Assembly: GCA_963750165.1 (NCBI GenBank)
Contig: CAVVPN010000003.1
Span: 288,001-352,000 of the forward strand
Length of the DNA: 64,000 nt
Direction: 5' to 3'
From: an uncultured Gemmataceae bacterium
GTDB taxonomy: Bacteria > Planctomycetota > Planctomycetia > Gemmatales > Gemmataceae
The position numbers were made by a program, and so were the translations under genes. Under the pieces are notes generated by a model. That model saw only the letters and a list, made by a program, of their open reading frames with translations. It did no database searches and was not told the DNA's origin. Below are positions 50,628-59,677 of this stretch, one piece after another; the first letter of the stretch is position 1, and every line of letters starts with the position of its first letter.

Positions 50628-51700
50628 CGGCGGCCGAATACCAGGGCCGGCAGCAAACGGCCGCGTGCGACGAAGTACAGGCCGGCGCCGCTGACCAGTG
50701 CCCAGTCCAGGGCGTGCGTGACGGCGGCGAAGGCCAGCGCCGCCTCGCCGCTGCCCAGCGCCACCAGGTACAGGCCCAGCCGGGCGAAGCCGTGGAAGGT
50801 GCCGACCGAACCCGGCGCCGCCGGGATCAGCGCCTCCGAACGAGGTTACCACCAAAACCGGCACGTAATGCCACGGCGCCAGGCCGAGCCCCAGTGCCTG
50901 GCCGACGCAGTAGTACGCCGCCGCCGCCGTCGCCCACCAGGCCGCCGACAGGCCCAGCACAAGCACCGTCTGTCCCGGCGACGCAAACACCTGCAACCCT
51001 TCCAGAAAACGGCCGGTCAGATGTTCCACCCTGTCGCCCAGGGCCGGGCTTACCCAGCGCACCGGCGCCGCGACCACGCGCTGCAGCCACGCCCGCCACC
51101 AGTAGCCGACCACCAGCACCAGGGCCAATCCGCCGCCGGCCAGCAGCGCCAGCCGGCCGGCGACCAGCAACTCGGGCCGGTCGGCGCCCACCAGCAGCAC
51201 GTAGACACCCAGCAGGCAAACCAGCGTCAGCACGTCCAGCACGCGCTCGACGGCGACCGTGCCGAGGCCGCGGGCACTGCTGCCGCCCTCGTGGTGGCGC
51301 AGCACGCCGACGCGCACCAGGTCCCCGAGGCGGAAAGGCAGGACGTTGTTGGCCAGCAGGCCGACGCAGATGCCGCTGAGGCAGGAGTGCAGCCGCACCT
51401 GCTGCTGCGCCGCCAGCAAGGCCCGCCAGCGCCACGCCCGCAGCGCCAGGGTGCTCAGAACGAGCGCGGCGGCAGCCAGCAATTCCGGCCCGCGGCACTG
51501 GCAGATCAATTGCCAGCTGTGCGCCAGGTCCACACCGCGGAAGGCCAGCAGCGGCAGTGCGATGCTCAACGCCACCGCCACCGCCAGGGTCACGCCGACG
51601 CGGACACCCGGGCTGCGCGCGCGCGCCGTGCGGGTGGTTCGGTAAGGTCCGGGCAGGTCGGTCGGGCCATCGGCCCGGGAATGGTCAGCGTCTGCACAGG
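50606..51700 (-). CDS. Lysylphosphatidylglycerol synthase TM / UPF0104 flippase-like protein; frameshift near 50835, start uncertain
   Basis: LRAWRWRALL, ANNVLPFRLGDLVR, VAVERVLD, P.APGSVGTFH. Confidence 0.82.
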
Positions 51701-51878
51701 CAAATCTCCGCGCGGGTGTCCTGCGGGATGGCTCTCTGTTCCGGCCCCGGGGCGTGACACCCTTCGCCATAACATAGCTCACGCGCCGCCAAAAAACCCG
51801 ACCGCTGTGCCATCCGTGTGCCAGAGTTAAGTAGAGCGGCGCCGTCTGCCTCTCTCGTAACCTGCAGAGAGCCTCCCC

Positions 51879-53618
51879 ATGATTGCTCCCCCACAGCCCG
51901 CGCCAGTTGCAGTCCCCGTCCCGGCCTCGGATGCCATCACGGTTTACTGTCCTGCGCCGGCCGCAATCCGGTCGCCCCTCTGCTGGCCGCTGGCATTGGC
52001 CGGCCAGTTCGTGCTCGTCTTCGCCGTCGTCACCCTGTCCGCCCCCGGCCGCATTGACATCGTCGATGGCCAGACGCGCTACGAGGTGGCCCGCAGTCTG
52101 GTCGATCACGGCGATTCGAAGATCCGCGACGAGAAGACCTGGTTCGCCGTCTACAACGGCCGCGATGGCGACCTGTACACCGACTACCGCTTCCCGCAGT
52201 CCAGCCTCGGCGTGCTGCTCATCTGGGCCGCCGACGCCACCGGCCCCGTCTGCGAACTGCGCCGCCAGTTCTTCTACGCGCTGATGAGTCCCCTGGCGTG
52301 TGCGCTGCTGGCGCTGGCTTATTCCGTCTGGTTCCGGGCGCTGGGCTACCGCCCCCGGGTCAGCCTGTTCTGGGCGACCGCCGGCATCTTCTGCACGCCG
52401 AACTGGTTCTACGGCACCAGCACCTTCGACGACATTCTCGGCACCGCGACGGTGGTGCTGGCGGTGGTGGTGATGTGGCTGGGCAGCGCCCGGCGACCAC
52501 TGCTGGCGGCGGTGGTGACGGGGCTGCTGTTCGGCTGGGCGTACAACTGCAAGCCGCCGCTGGTGTTCTTCGCGCTGCCGGCACTCGTGGCCGGCTGGCG
52601 CGGCGCCTGGCCGGGCCGGCGGCAGTTCGCCCAGGCGGCCGTGGTGGCCGGCGGCGTCCTGCTCGGCATGGTCGCCATGAAGCTGTACCACGCCCACAAG
52701 TTCCCCGACTACGTCCTCGACCCGATGGAGGAGTACGAGAGTCTGTACGGGCCGTATTTCACATCAAACCCGCTGCCGGGCCTGGTCAGCCTGATCTTCA
52801 GCCCGTCGGCCGGGGCACTGTGGTATTGCCCGACGCTGCTGCTGGTGGTCCACGGGCTGGTGGCGTGGCGCGGCCGATACCGGGCGTTCACGGTAGCGGC
52901 GCTGGCGGCGTGCCTGGCGTTCTTCGGGTTCGTGTCGTGCCTGTCCTTCTTCAAGGGCGAGCCCTGCTGGGGGCCGCGCTACCTGACACCGCTGTTCGCG
53001 CTGCTGTGGGTCTGGGCGCCGGCGGCCCTGGAGCGCGTCGGCCGCGGTCTGGTAGTGAGCGTGCTCGGCCTGGGACTGCTGATGCAACTGCTCGGCCTGA
53101 GCATGGACCCGCACCGGCTGTTCCTCGAAGTGCCGCTGCACTGGAACTACTATGTACGCTATCCCTGGCTGAGCTTCGCCCCGACGACCTCGCATCTGCT
53201 GTATCGGCCCGGTGAGATTGTGGACGTGCTGACTTCTGGCCGCCGGTCGCCGGAGTTCGGCCCCGGGCCGCTGGCGACGCACGTCGGCGGCTTCGAGACC
53301 GAGCGGCGTGTGGTGCCGATGAGCCTGGCGACTCTGCTCGGCACCCTGGCCATGCCAGTGGGGCCGGCGCCGGTGGTGGCGGTGTCGTCAATGAGGATGT
53401 CCACCGTGCCGCAGAACATGGAAGCGATGCAGGCGGCGTGCGGCCGGTATCACATTTTTAACGCATTCCGGCCGTGGTGGGCGTCACAGGGCTACCTGGC
53501 CCCGGCGGATCGGCCGGTGGACCTGGAACGCACGCTCGTGCTGCTGCTCGCGCTGATCGGCGGCGGGTTGGGGTTGATGCTGATCGGCGGCCGACTGCCG
53601 CGGGGCGAACGGGCATGA
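51879..53618 (+). CDS. Polytopic membrane protein, GT-C-like glycosyltransferase
   Basis: PGRIDIVDGQTRYEVARS acidic loop after TM1, WFYGTSTFDD, SP..G.LWY.P, WGPRYLTP. Confidence 0.7.
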   Translation: MIAPPQPAPVAVPVPASDAITVYCPAPAAIRSPLCWPLALAGQFVLVFAVVTLSAPGRIDIVDGQTRYEVARSLVDHGDSKIRDEKTWFAVYNGRDGDLYTDYRFPQSSLGVLLIWAADATGPVCELRRQFFYALMSPLACALLALAYSVWFRALGYRPRVSLFWATAGIFCTPNWFYGTSTFDDILGTATVVLAVVVMWLGSARRPLLAAVVTGLLFGWAYNCKPPLVFFALPALVAGWRGAWPGRRQFAQAAVVAGGVLLGMVAMKLYHAHKFPDYVLDPMEEYESLYGPYFTSNPLPGLVSLIFSPSAGALWYCPTLLLVVHGLVAWRGRYRAFTVAALAACLAFFGFVSCLSFFKGEPCWGPRYLTPLFALLWVWAPAALERVGRGLVVSVLGLGLLMQLLGLSMDPHRLFLEVPLHWNYYVRYPWLSFAPTTSHLLYRPGEIVDVLTSGRRSPEFGPGPLATHVGGFETERRVVPMSLATLLGTLAMPVGPAPVVAVSSMRMSTVPQNMEAMQAACGRYHIFNAFRPWWASQGYLAPADRPVDLERTLVLLLALIGGGLGLMLIGGRLPRGERA

Positions 53619-55381
53619 ACACGTGCGCGTGGCCCTGGGTACTGGTCTGTGCGGGCCAGTTCGTGGCGGTGTTCGCGCTGGCGGCGCTGTCCGGGCCGGG
53701 TCGCATTGACATTGTGGATGGCCAGACACGCTACGAGGTGGCGCGCAGTGTTGTCGAACACGGCGACGTGAAAATCCGCGACGAGCGGGTCTGGTTCCTG
53801 GTATTCCCCGGCCGCGACGGCGCGCGCTACACCAAATATCGGCTGCCGCAGAGCGTGCTGGGCGTGGCCGCGATCACACTGGCGGACGCGACCGGCCCCG
53901 CGACGGAACCGCGGCGACGCTTCTGCTTTGTGCTGACCAGCGCGTTCGCGTGCGCCCTGGTGTCGGTGGCGTTCGCGCTGTGGTTTCGCCGCACCGTGGG
54001 GCAGACATTCCTGTCTGCCAGTCCCGCGGCAGACAGGAATGTCTGCCCCACGAGCCGAAGCGCCGTCGCCTGGGCGCTGCTGGGCATCGTGGCGACGCCG
54101 TGCTGGTTCTACGGCACCAGCACCTTCGACGACATCCTCGGCACGGCGGGCCTGGTCTGGGCGGTCGTGCTGGCGTACCTCAGCCGCGAACACCGGCCGC
54201 TGCTCGGCGCCGCCGCGGCGGGGCTGCTGCTCGGCTGGACGTTTCACTGCAAGGAACCGCTGGGCGTTTTCGTGCTGGCCGTGCTGGCCGCCAACCTCGA
54301 CTGGCGACGGCCGCTGCGGGCTCAATGGCCGCGAGTCGCCCTGATCGTCGGCGGACTGGCGCTGGGCGTTGCCACCTACCAGGCTTACGAAGCCTACAAA
54401 TTTCCCCCCGAAGCGACGGCGAACCACGCGGAACTGCTGCGGCGCTACGTGCCCTACTGGACCGCCAATCCGCTGCCGGCGCTGGCGGCGTTCACGCTGA
54501 GCCCGGGCGCCGGCGTCCTGTGGTACTGCCCGCCGCTGCTGCTGTGCCTGGTCGGCCTCTACCGCTGGTGCGCCGCCGAACCGTGGTTGTGCCGGGCGGT
54601 CGTGGTCGGTTGCGTCGTCTTCATCGGCTTCCTGTCGTTCCTGACGTTCTTCAACGGCGACCCGGCGTGGGGGCCGCGCTACCTGACGCCGCTGTTCGCG
54701 CTGCTGTGGTTGTTCGCGCCGGCCGGCGCCGCGGTGCTGCGGCCGCTGCCGGTGCGGGCGCTGCTGGTGCTCGGCGTCGTCGTGCAGCTGCTCGGCCTGA
54801 GCGTGGACCCGCACCGTCTGTTCCTGGCTCGCAACCTGCCGTCGGCGTTCTACCACAACCTGCCCGGTGGGCCGTGGCTGTACTTCGATGCGAACGTCTC
54901 GCAGCTGGTCAACCGGCCACGGCTGATCGGCGAAATCCTGCAGTCCAATGGCGAACAGGAGGTCGCGTTCACGCCGGGGCCGGAGCCGACCTTCGCGTTC
55001 CCGGTTCTGGATTTCGTCGATCGCGCCGACTCGGTGCTGCTGACCAGTACCGTCGGCCTGGCGGCGGGTCTGCCGCTGACGAGCCCGGCCGTGTTTCTGA
55101 CGCGCGACCTGCACGAACGCCGGCGCACGGACGCGGTTCACCGTTACCACGTTCTGAACTCGTTCCGCCCGTGGTGGGCGAACCAGTGGTATCTGCCGCC
55201 GGCGGCCCGGCCAGTGGACCTCGCGGCGACGGCGGCACTGCTGGCGGCACTGCTGCTGGGCGGTCTCGGCGCGGTGACCCTGGGGCTGCGGGTGGCCAGG
55301 AACCGTTTGCCTCCCCCGGAGCCGCGACCTATGTTTGAACAACCTGGAAAAGCTGGGACGGAAGAGGCGTTATCCCCTTAA
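53615..55381 (+). CDS. GT-C-like paralog carrying an in-frame REP-like insertion
   Basis: Same motifs as 51879-53618; ATGA-coupled. Confidence 0.72.
   Translation: MNTCAWPWVLVCAGQFVAVFALAALSGPGRIDIVDGQTRYEVARSVVEHGDVKIRDERVWFLVFPGRDGARYTKYRLPQSVLGVAAITLADATGPATEPRRRFCFVLTSAFACALVSVAFALWFRRTVGQTFLSASPAADRNVCPTSRSAVAWALLGIVATPCWFYGTSTFDDILGTAGLVWAVVLAYLSREHRPLLGAAAAGLLLGWTFHCKEPLGVFVLAVLAANLDWRRPLRAQWPRVALIVGGLALGVATYQAYEAYKFPPEATANHAELLRRYVPYWTANPLPALAAFTLSPGAGVLWYCPPLLLCLVGLYRWCAAEPWLCRAVVVGCVVFIGFLSFLTFFNGDPAWGPRYLTPLFALLWLFAPAGAAVLRPLPVRALLVLGVVVQLLGLSVDPHRLFLARNLPSAFYHNLPGGPWLYFDANVSQLVNRPRLIGEILQSNGEQEVAFTPGPEPTFAFPVLDFVDRADSVLLTSTVGLAAGLPLTSPAVFLTRDLHERRRTDAVHRYHVLNSFRPWWANQWYLPPAARPVDLAATAALLAALLLGGLGAVTLGLRVARNRLPPPEPRPMFEQPGKAGTEEALSP
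53995..54052. repeat. REP doublet, family G (GTGGGGCAGACATTCCTGTCTGCC), inside a CDS
   Basis: 25-bp perfect arms with an 8-nt loop; encodes VGQTFLSA...ADRNVCPT. Confidence 0.93.
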
Positions 55382-55396
55382 CGGCAGGAGAGACTC

Positions 55397-56200
55397 GTGG
55401 CAACTTCCGAACTGACCTGCGCCGACACGTCCAAACAATCCCCACGGCTGCACCCGCCCGAGCCCGGCACCCCTCGGCTCGAAGCCCTGCTGTCGAGCCG
55501 GCTGCAGCGCTACATCCTGTTCGACCGCATCAACCGTCCGTACCTGCGCTGGCAGGTGGAGCAGTTTGACAAATTCCTCGGCGCGCGCGTGCTGGAGATT
55601 GGCTGCGGCGTCGGCGGCATCATCAACCTGCTGAAGCCGCGCGAGCTGATTTACGGCCTCGACGTGGAAAGCGACGTGCTGGAGTACGCCGCCGAGCGCT
55701 TCAGTGATCGGCCGGAGTGCAAGTTCGCCCTGCTGGACATCAACAACACCACGCCCGAGAAGTTCGCGGAGTTGCAGGCCCAGCGTTTTGACAGCATCGT
55801 CTGCATCAACGTGCTGGAGCACATCGAGGACGACGTGGCGGCCCTGCGGCGCATGGAGAGCCTGCTGCAACCTGGCGGCACGTTGGCCCTGCTGGTGCCG
55901 GCGCACATGGCCCTCTACGGCCCCTATGACAAGCTCGACGGCCACTACCGCCGCTACAGCAAGTCCTACTTCCGCAAGATCGTCGCCCAGACTTCGCTTC
56001 AGGTCCGCAGGCTGCGTTACTTCAACTTCCTGGGCGCGATGGGCTGGTGGGTGCAGTACAAACTGCTCCGGCGCACCATCCACGGCGAGGGCCAGTTCGG
56101 CATCATGAACTACGCGCTGCCGGTGGTGCGGCTGCTGGAGAAACTGTGCCCGCCGCCGTTCGGCCTGTCACTGGTCACCGTCTGTCAAAAGCCCGTTTAG
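55397..56200 (+). CDS. Class I SAM-dependent methyltransferase
   Basis: VLEIGCGVG, GLDV, INVLEHIEDD, PGG..LLVPAH..LYG.YD..GHYRRY. Confidence 0.9.
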   Translation: MATSELTCADTSKQSPRLHPPEPGTPRLEALLSSRLQRYILFDRINRPYLRWQVEQFDKFLGARVLEIGCGVGGIINLLKPRELIYGLDVESDVLEYAAERFSDRPECKFALLDINNTTPEKFAELQAQRFDSIVCINVLEHIEDDVAALRRMESLLQPGGTLALLVPAHMALYGPYDKLDGHYRRYSKSYFRKIVAQTSLQVRRLRYFNFLGAMGWWVQYKLLRRTIHGEGQFGIMNYALPVVRLLEKLCPPPFGLSLVTVCQKPV

Positions 56201-56310
56201 TCATTAGTCATTAGTCATTAGTTCAGAGGATGAGCGCCGGGAGAAGCGCCCATCCTCTGAACTAATGACTAATGACTAATGACTAATGACTAATGACTAA
56301 TGACTAAACG
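56194..56310. repeat. Long hairpin of (TTAGTCA)n / (TGACTAA)n heptamers
   Basis: cgtttagtcattagtcattagtcattagttcagaggatg...catcctctgaactaatgactaa...tgactaaacg. Confidence 0.92.
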
Positions 56311-56390
56311 AAAATTTGCCCGCGGCGTGAGTGTGATCTATGGTTTGGCAGGTTTTGACAAACCAACGTCATCCCCTCCGAGGCGCACTC

Positions 56391-57626
56391 ATGCAAGCGA
56401 CCCACTCCGACCCCGCCATCCTGCCCTTGCCGGTCGATCCGAACAACATCGAGGTCACCATCGTCATGCCGTGCCTGAATGAGGCGCTGACGGTCGGCAC
56501 CTGCATCCAGAAGGCGCTGGCGGCGCTGCAGAAGGCCAACATCAACGGCGAAGTGGTCATCGGCGACAACGGCAGCACCGATGGCTCGCAGGAGATCGCC
56601 ACGAAGCTCGGCGCCCGCGTGGTGCCGGTGGCGAAGCGCGGCTACGGGGCGGCGCTGCAGGCCGGCATCGCCGCCGCCCGCGGCCGCTACATCATCATGG
56701 GCGACTCGGATGATTCCTACGACTTCAGCAACATCGACCCGTTCGTGGAACGGCTGCGCTCCGGCGACGAGCTGGTCATGGGCAACCGTTTCCGCGGCGG
56801 TATCAAGCCGGGCGCCATGCCCTGGCACCACCGCTACATCGGCAACCCGGTGCTGACCGGCATTCTGAACCTGTTCTTCCGCACGCCCATCGGCGACGCC
56901 CACTGCGGCCTGCGCGGCTTCCGCAAGGACGCCTACGAACGCCTCGGCCTGACCACCACCGGCATGGAGTTCGCCAGCGAGATGGTAGTCAAGGCGTCGC
57001 TGAGCAAGCAGAAGATCAGCGAGGTGCCGATCATCCTCTACCCCGATGGCCGCGACCGGCCGCCGCACCTGCGCAGCTTCCGCGACGGCTGGCGGCACCT
57101 GCGCTTCCTGCTGCTGCTCTGCCCGCTGTGGCTGTACCTGATTCCGGCTGCGTTCCTGCTGACGGTCGGCCTGGGCCTGATGGCCTGGCTGACGCCGGGA
57201 CCGCAAACGGTCGGCCGCGTGGTCTTCGATGTGAACACCATGCTCATGGGCACCATGATGGTGTTCGTCGGCTACCAGCTGGCGTGGCTGGGCGGCTTCG
57301 CCAAAACGCACGGCTGGACCAGCGGCCTGTTGCCACCGGACACCTTCTCGCTGCGCCTGTTCGACTACTTCTACCTGGAACGCGGCCTGATCTTCGGGGC
57401 CACGCTGTTCCTGTCCGGCGTCGGTCTGACGGGCTACCTGGGCTGGTTCTGGTGGGCCAACAATATGGGCACTCTGGACATGCAGGTGACCGTTCGCGCT
57501 ACTCTGTGGGCCTTCACGACGTTGGTCCTCGGCCTGCAAACGATGTTCGGCAGCTTCTTCCTGAGCATGCTGGGCATGACCGAAAAGGCCCGCGAAGCGC
57601 GGTCCAAAGCCCGCGTCGCCGCGTAA
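56391..57626 (+). CDS. GT2 polyprenol-phosphate glycosyltransferase (DPM/DPG synthase-like) with C-terminal TMs
   Basis: IVMPCLNE, DNGSTDGS, RGYGAAL, MGDSDDSYD, DAHCGLR, MEFASEM, LRSFRDGWRHL. Confidence 0.92.
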   Translation: MQATHSDPAILPLPVDPNNIEVTIVMPCLNEALTVGTCIQKALAALQKANINGEVVIGDNGSTDGSQEIATKLGARVVPVAKRGYGAALQAGIAAARGRYIIMGDSDDSYDFSNIDPFVERLRSGDELVMGNRFRGGIKPGAMPWHHRYIGNPVLTGILNLFFRTPIGDAHCGLRGFRKDAYERLGLTTTGMEFASEMVVKASLSKQKISEVPIILYPDGRDRPPHLRSFRDGWRHLRFLLLLCPLWLYLIPAAFLLTVGLGLMAWLTPGPQTVGRVVFDVNTMLMGTMMVFVGYQLAWLGGFAKTHGWTSGLLPPDTFSLRLFDYFYLERGLIFGATLFLSGVGLTGYLGWFWWANNMGTLDMQVTVRATLWAFTTLVLGLQTMFGSFFLSMLGMTEKAREARSKARVAA

Positions 57627-57638
57627 CCTGACCTTCTT

Positions 57639-57668
57639 CGTGGGGCAGACATTCCTGTCTGCCCCACG
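57639..57668. repeat. Single/collapsed family G REP palindrome
   Basis: cgtggggcagaca-ttcc-tgtctgccccacg. Confidence 0.88.
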
Positions 57669-57742
57669 CAGAAACGCCTTGTCCGCCGCCGCCGGGGCCG
57701 GTATACCTCGTGCCGCCCACCCCCCGCACGGAGGCCCCCGGC

Positions 57743-59029
57743 ATGGCGTCCCCCCAACTGCCCACCCCAGCCAAACCGCTGCCGTCGCAGCGCACCTTGC
57801 TCATCCTGGGCGTGCTGCTGCTCGTCGGCTGGGCGGCGCTCTGGACAGTCAGCCTGACGCGCAACCGCCTCGTCGGCGGCCGGCACACCTGGCTGCCTGC
57901 GTGGGAGTTTCTCGGCCTCGACTTCCTCAGCAACTATTACGCCGCCAACCACTGGCTCCGCGGTGGCGACCCGTACTCCGAGCCGTTCAACGACCCCCTC
58001 GGCCGGCCGATTTGCTATCCGCCCGTCGTTCTGCCGCTGTTCGCCTGGTGCGGTCTGCTGTCGGCGCGCGCGGCCGTCGTCGTCTGGACGGTGGCGCTCG
58101 CGGCGTTCGCGGTCCTGGGCGCCGTCGTGGCCTGGCGGACGCGGCGGCAACTGGGGCTGACGGACCTGCCGCTGCCGTTCGTGCTCGCCGCAGTGCTGTG
58201 CAGCACGCCGGTGCTGTTCGCCCTGGAACGCGGCAACTGGGACCTGATGGTGCTGGTGCCGCTGACCATCGCGGCCTGGGCGCTGCGCGAAAAGTCGGCG
58301 GCGCGCGACGGCCTGGCCGGCGCCTGCCTGGCGCTGGCGGCGTGGCTCAAACTCTATCCGGCGCTGCTGGTGTTGGTGTTCCTCGTCCAGCGCCGGTATC
58401 GCGCCCTGGGCGTCTTCGCCGCGGTCTGTGCCGGCCTGGTCGCGCTGTACTGGCCGCAGTTCCCGCAGATGTACGCCAACATGCAGGCGGTCATCCAGCA
58501 CAACACGCCTGGCGGCTTCGACCCGACCGCCCACACCATCAGCGGCTTCTGGAAGTATTTCTTCGAGGGCTGGACGGGCACCCGACTCGCGTTCCTGGCG
58601 CGGCTGCCGGCGACGGTCGCGGCCTGCGTCCTGGTGCTGCCCGTGGTGCTCGGCGTGTCGTGGCGGCTGTGGCAGACGCCGCAGCGTGAGCGACTCGTCT
58701 TCCCGTACCTGCTCTGGCTCGCCGCCGCGGCGACCTTTATGCCGAAGACCGCCAACGACTATAACTTCTTCTTCCTGCCGCTGGCCGTGCTCGCCGTGTG
58801 CGACCGCCGCGACGGCGTTGTCGTCCACATGCTGCTGGGCCTGCTGCTGCTGTGGTGGCAGCCGAAACTGCTGCTCATCCACCCGAAACTGCTCTTCTGC
58901 TTCAAGGTCGGCGGCTTCCTGGCGCTGACGTACTGCCTGCTCCGCCGCGCCGCGGAACTCCGTGCGGCGGCGGTGGAAGGCACCGCGCCGCCGGTGCCGG
59001 ACGCTGTGCCGCAGCGCCGCGCGGCGTGA
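57743..59029 (+). CDS. GT87 (DUF2029) membrane glycosyltransferase
   Basis: DF..NY.AA....GGDPY, YPP..LPLF, ERGNWD, LA.WLKLYP. Confidence 0.85.
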   Translation: MASPQLPTPAKPLPSQRTLLILGVLLLVGWAALWTVSLTRNRLVGGRHTWLPAWEFLGLDFLSNYYAANHWLRGGDPYSEPFNDPLGRPICYPPVVLPLFAWCGLLSARAAVVVWTVALAAFAVLGAVVAWRTRRQLGLTDLPLPFVLAAVLCSTPVLFALERGNWDLMVLVPLTIAAWALREKSAARDGLAGACLALAAWLKLYPALLVLVFLVQRRYRALGVFAAVCAGLVALYWPQFPQMYANMQAVIQHNTPGGFDPTAHTISGFWKYFFEGWTGTRLAFLARLPATVAACVLVLPVVLGVSWRLWQTPQRERLVFPYLLWLAAAATFMPKTANDYNFFFLPLAVLAVCDRRDGVVVHMLLGLLLLWWQPKLLLIHPKLLFCFKVGGFLALTYCLLRRAAELRAAAVEGTAPPVPDAVPQRRAA

Positions 59030-59140
59030 AGTGCCAGCGGTGGGGGTGGCACTGAACGGGAAGGTGAGGTTTACGAAGCCAGGACACGTTTCCGAGACCT
59101 GCTGACTACCGGTTGGCTTGCGCCGCCTCGTGGGTTCGGT

Positions 59141-59305
59141 TTATTTACACGACGCGCGTGGTGGACATCGCGTGCGGCGCAACAAAACGAAGTCGGCCTG
59201 ACGCGGCACGTCGCCGACCGGCATGTTGAGTTCCAGCTGGTAGTGGCTCTCCACCAGCGGCCGCAGGAGTTCGGCGAATACCGGATGCCATTGCTTCTTC
59301 GTCAC
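59141..59305 (-). pseudogene. 5' fragment (54 aa) of a putative PD-(D/E)xK/Rpn-like planctomycete protein
   Basis: RBS GGAGG + GTG; KQWHPVFAELLRPLVESHYQLELNMPVGDVPRQADFVLLRRT then loses coding character; family recalled from memory. Confidence 0.5.
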
Positions 59306-59410
59306 GCCTGCCTCCGGGAAAAGTGGTCAGGCGAGGCTGGACGGAGCAGCAGTTCGCCGGGGATTCGCTCGGGTATTCTTGGCGCGTGTGCAGGGAAGTC
59401 AACGCGCCGG

Positions 59411-59564
59411 ATCTCGACATATGAAAAAGTTGGCGTCCCTGGCGTTCTTGGCGTCCTTGCTGTGGCAACCGCCGCCATCAGGCGCCGCACCGTGCCGGCA
59501 AGGCTGCCCAATCTCGACGTATGAAAAAGTTGGCCCCCTTGGCCTCCTTGGCCCCCTTGCTGTG
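59411..59564. repeat. Two 54-bp direct repeats with an exact 100-bp period, containing CTTGGCNYC nonamers
   Basis: atctcgac(a/g)tatgaaaaagttggc...cttgctgtg at 59411 and 59511. Confidence 0.85.
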
Positions 59565-59677
59565 TAGCCCGGCGCCGCCCGCTGCCTGCCCGTGCCAGCC
59601 GCCCGCGGTTGCGAATCGCCCGGCCGGTCCCCTATACTACAACAGTGTCCAGCACGCCAACGAGGGGAGTGTGTACC

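Noticed and set aside
49992..52697. 901-aa minus-strand ORF as a single protein
   Set aside because: Composite of antisense to the GT-C gene, the real flippase-like segment, and out-of-frame read-through after an indel
58975..59105. Cobalamin-riboswitch-like words (cactg..gggaagg..aagccagga..agacctgc)
   Set aside because: The 5' half would lie inside the GT87 CDS and matches poorly, the B12 box is interrupted, and no B12-related gene follows
59411..59564. Possible mini-CRISPR (repeat-spacer-repeat)
   Set aside because: Only two imperfect 54-bp units with internal nonamer periodicity, and no cas genes in the window
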